Shown in pieces: positions 49,354 through 59,742 of a stretch of DNA of 64,000 nucleotides (positions are counted from its first letter, which is position 1; every line of letters begins with the position of its first letter). Source of the stretch: Gemmatimonadales bacterium (lineage in GTDB: Bacteria; Gemmatimonadota; Gemmatimonadetes; Gemmatimonadales; GWC2-71-9). Position numbers and translations under genes: made by a program. The DNA is taken from the NCBI GenBank assembly GCA_965249575.1, contig OZ252244.1:704001-768000 (forward strand), read 5' to 3'. Under the pieces are notes generated by a model, which did no database searches, had not been told where the DNA came from, and worked only from the letters and a program-made list of their open reading frames with translations.

Positions 49354-51780
49354 CTAGAGCAGCGAGGTCGGGTCTCTATCGAACGTCACGCGCACATGCT
49401 TCCCACCGACGTGGGGGGCGTTCTGGAGCGCGAATCGCACGACCCGCCCCAACCAAGTCTTGTCAGCGGCGCGGAAGGCTACGTGCCAGCGCCACTGGGT
49501 CCGTATGCGAGCGAGAGGAGCAGGCGCCGGGCCGATCACATCGATCGCTCCCTCGGCACGTGCCCGTACTAGACCTCGCAGCCATTCAGCGATATCGCCC
49601 GCTGCCCGGCTGACCGCCGATTCGCCACGACCGCTGATCACGACATTCACGAGACCGACATGGGGCGGGTAGGGAGGCTCGCGGCGGTTCTCCAGCTCGC
49701 GTTGCGCGAACCGTTCGTAGTCGTGGTCGGCCGCTGCTGTGAGCGCATAGTGCTCGGGCCGCCGCGTCTGAACGAGCACCTCTCCACCCTCAGGGCCCCG
49801 ACCGGCCCTTCCCGCGACTTGTGCGATCAGCTGAAAGGTGCGCTCCGCCGACCGGAAGTCCGGCACGTGAAGGCTCGTATCCGCATCGACCACACCGACG
49901 AGCGTGACACCCGGGAAGTCCAGACCCTTCGCGATCATCTGCGTGCCGAAGAGAATGTCGATTTCGCGCGCGGCAAATGCCTCCAGGATTCGCCCATGCG
50001 ACCACTTCGTCGAGGTGGTATCGGCATCCATTCGAGCCAGTCTGGCTCGAGGGAACCGCTGGGCGAGCCATCGCTCCAACAACTGCGTCCCGACACCCCG
50101 CGTACGCTGCGTCCGATGTCCGCATTGGCCGCAACTCTCGGGAATCGCTTCACGGTGTCCACAGTAATGACACCGGAGGCTCACAGGCGTGGTGTGAACC
50201 GTCAGCGATATGCTGCACGCCGGGCATTCCGCTACCGACCCACAATCGGGGCACTGGAGGAATTGGGCAAAGCCGCGCCGGTTCAGCAGGAGGAGCGCCT
50301 GTGCTCCCCGCTCGAGACAGTCCCGCAGGGCGTCGTCGAGGGCGCATGACCACGGGACGGCACCGCTCTCGGCTACCGCCGCCTCGTTCCTCATATCCAC
50401 CATCCGGACCGCCGGCAGCGGCTGCTGGGTGACGCGATGCGGAAGGCTCACGACACGGATGCGGTCGCGCGCCAACCACGTCTCGAGTGACGGTGTCGCG
50501 CTTCCGAGCACGGCCCTCGCCCCCTGCAGACGCGCGCGTTTCAGCGCGACGTCGCGCGCGTGATACCTGGGACCTTCGCTCTGTTTGTAGCTGGCGTCGT
50601 GTTCCTCGTCGACGATCACGGCGGCGAGGTCCCGCACCGGGGCGAAAACGGCCGACCGAGCTCCCACGGCGACCCTGCGCTGGCCGGTCGCGAGCGCCTT
50701 CCAGGCGTCCGCACGTTCGGCATCCGACAATCCCGAATGCATGACCGCCACATGCTCCCCGAACACGCCGCGGACGCGCGCCACTGTCTGCGGTGTGAGG
50801 GAGATCTCCGGTACGAGCACGATGGCACCCCGCCCGCGACTCACGTCGTCGCGAACAGCCTCCAGATACACGAGGGTCTTTCCGCTCCCAGTGACACCAA
50901 ACAGCGTGATCGCTTCGCCGGGGCCCAACCCGCGGATCTGAGCCAGGGCGGCTGCCTGAGCCTCTGTCGGCGTTTCGGGAGGTCGGCTCACCTTTTCCTT
51001 GAAAGGATCTCGTAGCTCCTCGCGCTCGTCGATGCGGGCGACGCCACGAGCGACAAGCGCACGCAAGATTGCGCCCGAAAACCCCAACTGCTGGGTCAAA
51101 TGTGCGATGGGACACTCCCCACCCAGGGCATCTACCGCATCATACGCCTCCCGTTGCCGGGCAGCCTTGCCAAACATCCGTTGACGTTCCAGCAGTCCCG
51201 GGAGCGCCTGGGTCAACACTAGGACTCGTTGGACGGCCGGCGGTGGACCGAGACTGGCTGATTCTATCTCCAAGCCGACGGCGCCGATGCGGGCCAGGCG
51301 CTGAAGGGTGTCCCACACCGGCCGGCCAACCCTACGTGCGAGCGCACTTGCGCTCGCCCTACCGCCCGCCCGCTCGAGGGCGAGCAAGACGTCGCGGCTG
51401 GCGCCCCCCGGCGTCACGCTCGACTCGCCAAGCCGGGCGACAAGCCGGGAAGCACCCCACAGCGCCCTGGGCAGCATGGCCTTCAAGACCCGGCCGAGGG
51501 AGGCCCCGTAGTAGCCAGCCATCCATCCGGCGAGCTCAATTAGGGGATCGGGTACGAGGGGCTCCGCATCGGGTACCGCCAGGATCGGCTTGAGATCCGT
51601 TGCCGAACCGTCATCAACCGCGACTACCACACCCACTACTTCCCGTCCGCGCACCGGTACCAATACGCGGACGCCCGGCACGACCCGGTCGGCGATTCCA
51701 GGTGGTATGCTGTACCGGTACGGTTGCGCTACAGGAGGCGGCAGAGCTACGAGGCACGACACCGAAATCAATGGGGCCAA
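49354..51780 (-). CDS. priA: Primosomal protein N' (PriA)
   Basis: GVTGSGKT, VPEI.LTPQ, DEEHD.SYKQ, SATPS, Cys-rich region, GTQMIAKGLDFP, QVAGRAGR; start uncertain. Confidence 0.95.
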   Translation of the reverse strand: MAPLISVSCLVALPPPVAQPYRYSIPPGIADRVVPGVRVLVPVRGREVVGVVVAVDDGSATDLKPILAVPDAEPLVPDPLIELAGWMAGYYGASLGRVLKAMLPRALWGASRLVARLGESSVTPGGASRDVLLALERAGGRASASALARRVGRPVWDTLQRLARIGAVGLEIESASLGPPPAVQRVLVLTQALPGLLERQRMFGKAARQREAYDAVDALGGECPIAHLTQQLGFSGAILRALVARGVARIDEREELRDPFKEKVSRPPETPTEAQAAALAQIRGLGPGEAITLFGVTGSGKTLVYLEAVRDDVSRGRGAIVLVPEISLTPQTVARVRGVFGEHVAVMHSGLSDAERADAWKALATGQRRVAVGARSAVFAPVRDLAAVIVDEEHDASYKQSEGPRYHARDVALKRARLQGARAVLGSATPSLETWLARDRIRVVSLPHRVTQQPLPAVRMVDMRNEAAVAESGAVPWSCALDDALRDCLERGAQALLLLNRRGFAQFLQCPDCGSVAECPACSISLTVHTTPVSLRCHYCGHREAIPESCGQCGHRTQRTRGVGTQLLERWLAQRFPRARLARMDADTTSTKWSHGRILEAFAAREIDILFGTQMIAKGLDFPGVTLVGVVDADTSLHVPDFRSAERTFQLIAQVAGRAGRGPEGGEVLVQTRRPEHYALTAAADHDYERFAQRELENRREPPYPPHVGLVNVVISGRGESAVSRAAGDIAEWLRGLVRARAEGAIDVIGPAPAPLARIRTQWRWHVAFRAADKTWLGRVVRFALQNAPHVGGKHVRVTFDRDPTSLL

Positions 51781-52520
51781 CGCGTTCCCTTGATCATCGT
51801 GAGCCCGAGCCGGCGGTCGTTCGCGAGCCGACGAATCGCCCTGATCGGCTCGCTGATGGCAAGTCGCACGCCGTTCCACCCGCCGATGCGCCAGCCACGC
51901 CGGATCAACCCACCCCACCCATAGGCTAGCCACCCCCCGTCCGTGGCCGCGTCTTCGAGCGTGAGCTCTACGATGCCCGCGTCACGAAAGAGGCCCTTCC
52001 ACTCCACGCCGAGCCGAGGCGTGACCCCAACCGCCGCCAACTCAGCTGCCTGTTGAGCCGTTGCGGTCCCCAGCCAAGTTGGCACCAATGCCGCGACCGT
52101 ACTCATCGGGCGTGCCACCCGAGCGGCTTCGCGCATCACCGCCGCGAGATCCTCATCCGCGAGGTTGAGGGCGTGCATGATGGTGATATCGAAAGTCTGT
52201 GATTCGTGTGGAAGGTCCACCGCACTGGCGACTTGGAAGGTGACTCGGCGCTCGAGTCCTACCTGCCGGGCTGCCACTTCGGCCTGCTCGATGGCAGCGG
52301 GATCAGCGTCGACTCCAGAGACGTTCCCCTCGTAGCGCTGCGCCCACCAGATGACCGATCGCCCCGACCCACAACCGATCCACAGCACTTCTCCGTCGCC
52401 CTCGGGACCGATGAGGTGCGTCAGCCGGCGATGTATGGGCGCGTCGACCTCGGTCCAGGGCTGAAGAATGCCGAGAAGCGCCCTTGGGCTCGGTTTGCGC
52501 GGCGGCGGAGAGGTCGGCAT
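51768..52520 (-). CDS. Class I SAM-dependent methyltransferase
   Basis: VLWIGCGSG, GVD, DLP..SQTFD, EAARV. Confidence 0.8.
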   Translation of the reverse strand: MPTSPPPRKPSPRALLGILQPWTEVDAPIHRRLTHLIGPEGDGEVLWIGCGSGRSVIWWAQRYEGNVSGVDADPAAIEQAEVAARQVGLERRVTFQVASAVDLPHESQTFDITIMHALNLADEDLAAVMREAARVARPMSTVAALVPTWLGTATAQQAAELAAVGVTPRLGVEWKGLFRDAGIVELTLEDAATDGGWLAYGWGGLIRRGWRIGGWNGVRLAISEPIRAIRRLANDRRLGLTMIKGTRWPH

Positions 52521-52530
52521 CGAACAACAG

Positions 52531-53421
52531 TCAGCCGAGCGCACGAACGTGTGCTGCGGCGGCGAGCGCCACCCGCGGCGGCGCGTAGCCGCCCTCGAGA
52601 ACGGACGCGATCGGAGGACCGATCTGGCGCCACGTCTCGATCCAGCTCGCGAAATCCTCGGGCTCGAGTGTGAAACCACCGAGGGGATCTCCCGCGAGGC
52701 CATCGAACCCAGCAGAGACTAAGACGAGGTCGGGTCTCCAGTCGATGACGGCCAACTCGACCGCTGCGTTCAGGTCGTCCACGTACTTGTGGCGTGGAAG
52801 GCCTGGTGGTCGCGGCACGTTGAACACATTGCCAACCCCCCGCTCCTCCGCGCGACCGGTGCCGGGATAATGCGGCCACTGGTGCAGCGAGACGTATCGT
52901 ATGCGCTCATCCCGCTCGACAAGCGATTGGGTGCCGTTCCCGTGGTGCACGTCCCAATCGATGATGAGCACCCGAGCCACACCCGACTCCTCGAGAGCGG
53001 TCCGCGCAGCCACCACGACGCTGTTGAGGAGGCAGAAACCCATTGCATCCGTCGCCGTGGCGTGGTGTCCAGGCGGCCGAACGGCAGCAAAGCTGTTGTT
53101 CCCGCAGAGCGCGAGCCGGGCCGCGTGGACAGCCGCACCCGCCGCGAATCGAGCGGCCGTGTAGCTCGATTCGTTCGCCACCGTATCTGGATCGAGCCGT
53201 CCCCCACCCCGCAGCGCCACCCCTGCGAGCATTGCGAGATAGTCCGGGGTGTGCACCCGAGACAGCATCGCATCATCAGCCTCGATCGCATCGTGCCAGG
53301 TGAGTCTCGGTGTCGCCCGGAGCGTGGCGAGGACGGCTTCCAGCCTCGCTGGCGATTCGGGATGCTGCGGCCCGGGATCGTGAGCGAGCGAGCTTTCATG
53401 CCAGACGATGTGAACGGTCAC
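52531..53421 (-). CDS. Histone deacetylase family protein (class II-like)
   Basis: HPESPARL, RPPGHHA, GFC, DWDVHHGNGT, SAGFD, LEGGY. Confidence 0.92.
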   Translation of the reverse strand: MTVHIVWHESSLAHDPGPQHPESPARLEAVLATLRATPRLTWHDAIEADDAMLSRVHTPDYLAMLAGVALRGGGRLDPDTVANESSYTAARFAAGAAVHAARLALCGNNSFAAVRPPGHHATATDAMGFCLLNSVVVAARTALEESGVARVLIIDWDVHHGNGTQSLVERDERIRYVSLHQWPHYPGTGRAEERGVGNVFNVPRPPGLPRHKYVDDLNAAVELAVIDWRPDLVLVSAGFDGLAGDPLGGFTLEPEDFASWIETWRQIGPPIASVLEGGYAPPRVALAAAAHVRALG

Positions 53422-53472
53422 TCAAGCACGCACGAACCGGGAGAGCGCAGTTGGAGCCACCCAGGGAACACA

Positions 53473-53742
53473 TCACCTGACCGGGCGGCGCTCGACATGG
53501 AGTACGATCAGCGGAGCGCGGTGCGGCAGGGCAAGCTGCTCGACGGTGAACTCCTCATCGGCAATCACACCGCCACGGTACTTGACTTCGTAGGACGCGG
53601 GATCACACGCGACGCCGGTGGCTCGTTGGAGCGCCTCCGCCTTGACCTGAGTAATCGTCGAGTCCGGTGTGACCCGCACATCCACGCTGTCCCACACCTC
53701 CGGCACCCACACGCGGAGTATCTGCTCGATTCCCGCGTTCAC
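53473..53742 (-). CDS. Ubiquitin-like (beta-grasp, EsaB/YukD-like) protein
   Basis: 89 aa; pattern beta-beta-TPDSTITQVKAEAL-YEVKYRG..IADE..TVEQL.L....LIV parallels ubiquitin; ends RRPVR, no di-glycine. Confidence 0.65.
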   Translation of the reverse strand: MNAGIEQILRVWVPEVWDSVDVRVTPDSTITQVKAEALQRATGVACDPASYEVKYRGGVIADEEFTVEQLALPHRAPLIVLHVERRPVR

Positions 53743-54011
53743 GACGCCGGCTCGGAACCGACGGGCAGCGTCGACAGGAAACGATTGATTGCCTGATCGT
53801 AAAGGAGTGTCGAGGCGCGAATGCGAGTACCCTCGGGCGACGAGAACACGGCGAGGGCAATTTCTTCTCCGCCCTGCCCCCTGAAAATAGCGAACGTCGG
53901 ACCGTGCCGCTCCAGATACGCACCGTAGTGAGGAACTCGCTCGGCGAAGAACGCCCTCGCCCGCCCCAGAACCTCGTCTCCGGTGAGCGGCGTCGACGTC
54001 TCGTGAATCAT
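53739..54011 (-). CDS. Small hypothetical protein
   Basis: 90 aa, GGAG RBS, GTGA overlap with the ubiquitin-like gene. Confidence 0.7.
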   Translation of the reverse strand: MIHETSTPLTGDEVLGRARAFFAERVPHYGAYLERHGPTFAIFRGQGGEEIALAVFSSPEGTRIRASTLLYDQAINRFLSTLPVGSEPAS

Positions 54012-54132
54012 AGTGGCCGGCTCCGTATCCCGAATCGATTGGTTTCCGCAGGAATCGATTCTGCAACCTCGAACGAGCGCTCCCCACTCAATGTAACCGA
54101 GGAGCCACTGGGTGGGCCAGAATCGAATGCGC

Positions 54133-54813
54133 TCATACGGGCTCAACCCGCCCCCGTCGCTCGGCTGGCGATGTCACCGGCCCAAACAACGTGCGAATTC
54201 CGGGTCTGGTGCGCAGCACCAGGTAGACCTCCGCTGGCGGGAGGGGCGCCAGACCGTCGAGGGCGAGGAAAACGGGTAGCGACGTGCTCGGAACAGCCAC
54301 GCGATACGTCGTGTTCTTCCACTCGACCTCACACTCGCGGGGCAACCGCGTCACCACTCGGTCGATGAAAAGGTCGTCTTCGATTCGATAGTGGTCTGGG
54401 GCGAGTCGTTCTCCATCCAAATAGAAGCTCGGGTCAAATTGCCGACCCTCCGCGCGCGCAAAGGCCTGCTCCACAGCCCAGTCGTACGCCTCCAGGTCCG
54501 GCCGCCCGGCTTTCCACTCGAGATGATGTCGCAATTCATGAGAGAGTGTTTCCCAGGCTTCGGCCTCCCAGTCGAAATCGGCCTGGGTGGAGGCGAGCGC
54601 CCAGAACGACCCGTAGTAGATCACCAGTCGCGACTGTGGATCGCTGCTTCCGAATGCCAGCGGAACGCACTCCCCGAGCGTGTACACACCGTGAACGCCG
54701 GGATGCGGCACTGTTCGCCGACTGACGTCGATCGCCGCTATGCCTTCGAGGAATTCCTGCGGAATTTCCCTCGACAGGTCCTCGATCATCCGCGTGAAAC
54801 CCGAAAGCCGCAT
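54133..54813 (-). CDS. Minimal zincin (Zincin_1-like) metallopeptidase family protein
   Basis: IP.EF, YTLGEC, IYYGSF, ETLSHELRHH. Confidence 0.78.
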   Translation of the reverse strand: MRLSGFTRMIEDLSREIPQEFLEGIAAIDVSRRTVPHPGVHGVYTLGECVPLAFGSSDPQSRLVIYYGSFWALASTQADFDWEAEAWETLSHELRHHLEWKAGRPDLEAYDWAVEQAFARAEGRQFDPSFYLDGERLAPDHYRIEDDLFIDRVVTRLPRECEVEWKNTTYRVAVPSTSLPVFLALDGLAPLPPAEVYLVLRTRPGIRTLFGPVTSPAERRGRVEPV

Positions 54814-54900
54814 TGCAGAGGGCTCGCTATGCCTTCGCTGGCAAAGCCGCGTGGCGGAAGTCGTCTCGGCCGCCCCGCCCAACGCCGGCGAGGTACGCGC

Positions 54901-56358
54901 TCAGTTCAGGTGCTCTTCGATCCTCTGCACAAGCGGGTCGAAACACAGGTCGGTGCCCGTGGCCTCGAGCGCCAGCCGGTGCGCGGGATCCGCCTGACCC
55001 TGGCTCATCAGATTCTGGACGTAGGCTCCGGCGTGCGGGTTCCGGTACCAATCCTCGTCGAACCGGCGTCGAAGCTCGGCCGCCAAAGATGCTTCGAGTT
55101 GCCACGCTCGCAGATATCTCGCAGAGTAAAAGGCTGGATCGACGTCGATCAGATAGTCATCCTCCAGGTATCGAAAGCGAGTGGCATCAGTGAGCCGTTC
55201 GGCATACTCACGGGACATATCGGCGAGATCGCCACGATGGAGGCTGAGCTCGTAAAGCAGTTTCGCCGCGTAACGTCGGACGATGAACAGCTCGCCCACG
55301 CAAGTCTCGAACAGCAGGTCGTTGGCCTCGCGGCCGCGGATCCCGCAATATCGCGCAAGCCACGACGAGTCGAGCGTCATATGATCCCACAGCATCGCGA
55401 AGGCTTCGGTCACCGAGTCGTCTCCGAGCCACCGCGCCGCAAACGACAGATCCGGGTCCATGGAGGCGAAGTGAGTCGCATGGCCCAGCTCATGCCAAAA
55501 GGTCCGATAGTCGGCGTGTCCCCCACGGGGTCGGAGCACGAGGTAGACCTCGTCCGGCACCCGCACCGGCGCACAAAACGCACGCGGCTGTTTCCCGGGC
55601 CGCTCCACGGTGTCGAGGCGGACTCGTCCGCCCTGCCGTAAATCCAGTCCCATTTCTCGAGCCTGCCGGGCAGCCGTGACCTCCAGATTCCCCGGCTCGA
55701 AAACGGGATCGAACTCGTTCGCCCGAAAGGCCCACGGCGCGTCGGCTCGCTCCAAACTCCCAACGTCCAACTGGAGGCGGCGCCGTACCAAACGAGTCAG
55801 CGAATCGACGTAAAGGTCTGCGGTCTCGGCCAGAAACGCCTGAGCCTGGCGGCCGAGTGCATCCAGGTCGATTTCCGACAGGGCCGACCGCGCGTCGACG
55901 TAGCCGCCCAATGCGAGCTTCGCGAGCTCATCCCACTCTTCCGCGAAGCGCTCGGCCCGCAACTCGTTCAAGCCCGCCGCCGCCACGCTGGCCCGCGCCC
56001 GGTCGAGTTCCACGCGGAACGCCCGGTCGGGCGCATTTGCCAGATCGATGGGCGCCCGGAGGTAGGGAATCCTATCGTCGCCAACTACGAGATGCGCTTC
56101 CTGCTCCCAGGCCAATTGACGCTCGTCCAGGCTGGCGACGCGCCGGCCCACCCGTACGTCGACGACCCATTGGAGCAGCGCCATGGACCCGGTTGCCCTC
56201 GCGGCGGCAAGCGCGTCGTCACTCGCCACCGGAGCAAAGCGCTCATAAATGGCCTGGAACTCAGGTGGGGTCTTGAGGCCGGCCCCGGTCAAGTACGCTT
56301 CCCGACCCAGGGCCTGGTGCAAAGCTTCGCCCTGAATCGTGAGCTCCTCGACGTTCAT
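54901..56358 (-). CDS. M3-like (oligoendopeptidase-type) gluzincin
   Basis: [36 protein letters not shown]; overlaps the glyQS stop. Confidence 0.78.
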   Translation of the reverse strand: MNVEELTIQGEALHQALGREAYLTGAGLKTPPEFQAIYERFAPVASDDALAAARATGSMALLQWVVDVRVGRRVASLDERQLAWEQEAHLVVGDDRIPYLRAPIDLANAPDRAFRVELDRARASVAAAGLNELRAERFAEEWDELAKLALGGYVDARSALSEIDLDALGRQAQAFLAETADLYVDSLTRLVRRRLQLDVGSLERADAPWAFRANEFDPVFEPGNLEVTAARQAREMGLDLRQGGRVRLDTVERPGKQPRAFCAPVRVPDEVYLVLRPRGGHADYRTFWHELGHATHFASMDPDLSFAARWLGDDSVTEAFAMLWDHMTLDSSWLARYCGIRGREANDLLFETCVGELFIVRRYAAKLLYELSLHRGDLADMSREYAERLTDATRFRYLEDDYLIDVDPAFYSARYLRAWQLEASLAAELRRRFDEDWYRNPHAGAYVQNLMSQGQADPAHRLALEATGTDLCFDPLVQRIEEHLN

Positions 56359-57689
56359 GGGTCCAGCTTCTCGCGGAGATAGGACCCAAGGCGCTCAGCG
56401 GCGACTCGCTCCTGTTTCAGCGAGTCTCGGTCGCGTACCGTGACGGTTTGGTCTTCCAGCGATTGCCCGTCTACGGTCACGCCAAAGGGCGTGCCGGCTT
56501 CGTCCTGCCTGCGGTATCGACGTCCGATCGAGCCGCCATCGTCGTAAAAAATCGGAATGCGCGACCGCAGGTCATCGTAGATACGATGCGCCAATTCGGG
56601 CATCCCATCCTTCTTGACGAGGGGGAATACCCCCGCCTTGATGGGCGCGACCGACGGATGGAGCCCGAGAACGACGCGGGTCTCACCTCCCACCTCTTCT
56701 TCGCGGTATGCATCGACCATCACCACCAGGGCCAACCGGTCGGCTCCAAGCGACGTTTCCACCACGTAAGGCGTGAATCGTTCTTTCGTGACCGGGTCGA
56801 GGTACTCGAGCTTTTTGCCACTCGACTCCTGGTGGCGGGCCAGGTCGAAGTCGGTACGATTGTGAATTCCCTCGAACTCCTGCCAACCGAATGGAAACTC
56901 GTACTCGATGTCGTATGCTGCTTTGGCGTAGTGGGCCAACTCGTCCGAAGCATGCTCGCGAAACCGCAGGCGGCCCTCACTAATCCCGAGCGCACGATGC
57001 CAGTCCATGCGCGCCGCCCGCCACTCTTCGAACCATCGCTCGTCGTCCCCAGGCTGGACAAAGAACTGCATCTCCATCTGCTCGAACTCCCGAGTGCGGA
57101 AGATGAAGTTCCCGGGCGTGATTTCGTTGCGAAACGCCTTGCCAATCTGTGCGATGCCAAAGGGGATGCGCTGTCGCGAAGACTGCAGCACGTTTAGGTA
57201 GTTGACGTAGATCCCCTGAGCCGTCTCAGGGCGTAGGTAAACGACGGCAGCGGCCTCCTCGACGGGGCCCATGAACGTTTTGAACATGAGGTTGAACAAA
57301 CGAGGCGCTGTCAGGGAGCCCTTGTTCCCACACACGGGACACTGACTCGAGGGCTCGCCGGGCGTGCCGCGAATGCGCTCGTCGTCGGCGCGGAACCGGT
57401 TCTTGCAGACCTTGCAGTCGACGAGCGGGTCGGTAAAGCCCGCCACGTGACCCGATGCCTCCCAGACCCTCGGGTGCATCAGGATCGCCGCATCGAGTCC
57501 CTCGATGTCGCGCCGCTCGTGCACCATCGAGCGCCACCAGTGCTCCTTGAGGTTCTTCTTGAGCTCGACACCCAGGGGACCGTAATCCCATACCGACCCC
57601 ACCCCCCCGTAGATCTCGGAGGATTGAAAGACGAAGCCTCGACGCTTCGCAAGCGAAACGAGCTTCTCCATCAGCGAGCTATTCGCCAT
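56355..57689 (-). CDS. glyQS: Glycine-tRNA ligase (alpha2 type)
   Basis: KRRGF...[45 protein letters not shown]. Confidence 0.97.
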   Translation of the reverse strand: MANSSLMEKLVSLAKRRGFVFQSSEIYGGVGSVWDYGPLGVELKKNLKEHWWRSMVHERRDIEGLDAAILMHPRVWEASGHVAGFTDPLVDCKVCKNRFRADDERIRGTPGEPSSQCPVCGNKGSLTAPRLFNLMFKTFMGPVEEAAAVVYLRPETAQGIYVNYLNVLQSSRQRIPFGIAQIGKAFRNEITPGNFIFRTREFEQMEMQFFVQPGDDERWFEEWRAARMDWHRALGISEGRLRFREHASDELAHYAKAAYDIEYEFPFGWQEFEGIHNRTDFDLARHQESSGKKLEYLDPVTKERFTPYVVETSLGADRLALVVMVDAYREEEVGGETRVVLGLHPSVAPIKAGVFPLVKKDGMPELAHRIYDDLRSRIPIFYDDGGSIGRRYRRQDEAGTPFGVTVDGQSLEDQTVTVRDRDSLKQERVAAERLGSYLREKLDP

Positions 57690-57767
57690 GCGACCGCCAG
57701 AGCAGAACGAGGGAAGAACCGGGGGAATTGAAATGGAGTTCGAAAATAATAGACACCGCTCCTCGGG

Positions 57768-58868
57768 CTAGCAACCCAGTGCGCGCCGTAGCCCCTGGAC
57801 CGCGCGGCGCCCCAGCTCCTCGCGATCCCACACTCCCCCACCGCTCTCTAACAACACTTCCCGAGTCTCAACCTCCGCTCCCGGTGCAAGCACGACGGCG
57901 GGAACCCGCGCGCGCCGAGCGCGGGCGATTACTTCGCCCGTCAGCTTGCCGTCCGTGGAGGTCGCATCAAAACAGCCTTCCCCGGTCACTACGACCGCAG
58001 ATTCCGTCAACAGATCATCAAACGGCGTCCGGTCGAGTACCCATGGGGCTCCGGGCTCGATGCTCCCGCCACCAAAGAACATGATTCCGAACCCCAAGCC
58101 TCCGGCGGCCCCCGCCCCCCGCCATGAAGCGAGCTCCCCCCACCCTTCCCGATCGGCTATGGCTGCCAGGCAGTCGAGCCCACGTACAAGGCGCTCCTCG
58201 GCCTCCGCCGAGGCGCCTTTCTGCGTCGCATACAGGCGCGACCCTCGCGGTCCGATCATCGGGTTACGCACATCGGCGAGACCGATCAGTCGCGCTGCGG
58301 GGCGCCGCCCAGGGACTATTGCCTCCAGGTCCGCCAGAGACCCCCCCCCGTCGGGAAGCTCTCGATCGTCCAGCCCCAGAGGCCTCCAGCCCCACGCGCG
58401 AGCCATCCCCACACCGCCATCCATCGTGGCGCTTCCCCCCAGCCCGAGATAGACGGTCGATGCTCCGTCATCGATCAGCTGGTCCACCACTTCCCCAACC
58501 CCTCGCGTCGTGGCCCGAAGTGGATCCCGGTCTTCCTCGGCCACCACGCTCAGACCGCAGAACAGACGGGTTTCGACCACCGCAGTCGACCGATCCAGCC
58601 AGCCCACAGCCGCCTCCACTCGAGCTCCCAGGGGGCCGCTAGCTTCGTACCGCTTTTTGCAAGTGAATTCGCGCTCCAGGGCGTCCAGGAGTCCCTCCCC
58701 CCCATCGCTGGCCAACACCACCCGGGGTTCCGCTCCCAAGGCCCTCGCGGCCTCCGAGCAGGCCGTAGCAACCTCAGCTGCGGCAAAGCCTTCCTTAAAG
58801 CCCTGCGCCACGATCAACACCCCAGGACAGCTCAAGTCAGGTCCCCCATGCCATTTGAAATCGTCCAA
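57768..58868 (-). CDS. Glycerate kinase (GarK/GlxK family)
   Basis: DGGEG, GLGGSAT.DGG.GM, QKGAS, GAAGGLG, TGEG.FD..S..GK; start may be GTG 58820. Confidence 0.85.
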   Translation of the reverse strand: MDDFKWHGGPDLSCPGVLIVAQGFKEGFAAAEVATACSEAARALGAEPRVVLASDGGEGLLDALEREFTCKKRYEASGPLGARVEAAVGWLDRSTAVVETRLFCGLSVVAEEDRDPLRATTRGVGEVVDQLIDDGASTVYLGLGGSATMDGGVGMARAWGWRPLGLDDRELPDGGGSLADLEAIVPGRRPAARLIGLADVRNPMIGPRGSRLYATQKGASAEAEERLVRGLDCLAAIADREGWGELASWRGAGAAGGLGFGIMFFGGGSIEPGAPWVLDRTPFDDLLTESAVVVTGEGCFDATSTDGKLTGEVIARARRARVPAVVLAPGAEVETREVLLESGGGVWDREELGRRAVQGLRRALGC

Positions 58869-59154
58869 CTCAGCGAGCCTGTAAGCTGATACGCCTTAAC
58901 TATATAAATAACAGTAACTTGCGTAATCTCGCCAGGGCTTTTAGCTTTTTCCTGCCCGGAGGGGCCGGCGAGGACCCGGCGGCCGAGTGGTGGAAGAGCG
59001 GAGCGGGGTGGCAGGGTACAAGCGCCACGGGCACAGTATGTTACAGCTAGGGGAAGACGGGGGTCCGCCAGCCAAGACCTGGCGGGCGCTGGGGCGCCGT
59101 GCGGGCACGGATTATGAGGAACCGTAAACCTAACACGCACGAGGCTCGGACCAC

Positions 59155-59680
59155 GTGAGACCCGGCAACGCAGGACTGAGAACCCATGGGGCGGCCCACC
59201 ACAAAGAGATCCACTTGCGGGATCTTCTCGGCGTGGTGCGCCGGCACTGGCGTGTTGCGAGAAGCCATTCGTCCGGACGTCGGGCCGCGGCTGGACGTGC
59301 TCCCGAGTGGCGCCACGCCGCCCAATCCGTCGGAGCTGCTGGGGTCCGAGGCCATGAAGAAGGTGGTCGCCGAGGTACGGCGCGAATACGACTACATCGT
59401 CATCGATACGCCCCCCACGCTACCGGTCACTGACGCTGCCGTGGTGTCGACCACGGCGGACGCTACGATCATCGTCCTGCGGAGCGGCGACACCGAGGAG
59501 GCCGCGGCTCAACGGGCTGTTGCCCAGTTGGCACGGGTCAACGCGCGCCTCGCGGGGGCGGTCCTGGTCGGCGTCAGTCAAAGCCGGGAGCATTATCACA
59601 CCTACTACGCCTACCGGCGGGATCGACCCGCCCGGCGCCCGGCCCGCTCCTGGGGTTGGCGTCTCGCGGACAAGCTGTAA
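59155..59680 (+). pseudogene. Wzc/GumC-CpsD polysaccharide co-polymerase tyrosine kinase remnant
   Basis: N-terminal EIHLRDLLGVVRRHW joined out of frame to LDVLPSG..PPNPSELLGS, IVIDTPP.LPVTDA and a Tyr-rich tail; periplasmic domain and Walker A absent. Confidence 0.82.
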
Positions 59681-59683
59681 GGC

Positions 59684-59703
59684 ACGCCGCCGGGCGGCGG
59701 CGT
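59684..59703. terminator. Hairpin between the convergent wzc remnant and purA
   Basis: acgccgcc-gggc-ggcggcgt followed by ttc. Confidence 0.5.
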
Positions 59704-59742
59704 TTCAGGGAACAGAGTCAATCATCGACGGGTGCTCGTGGG

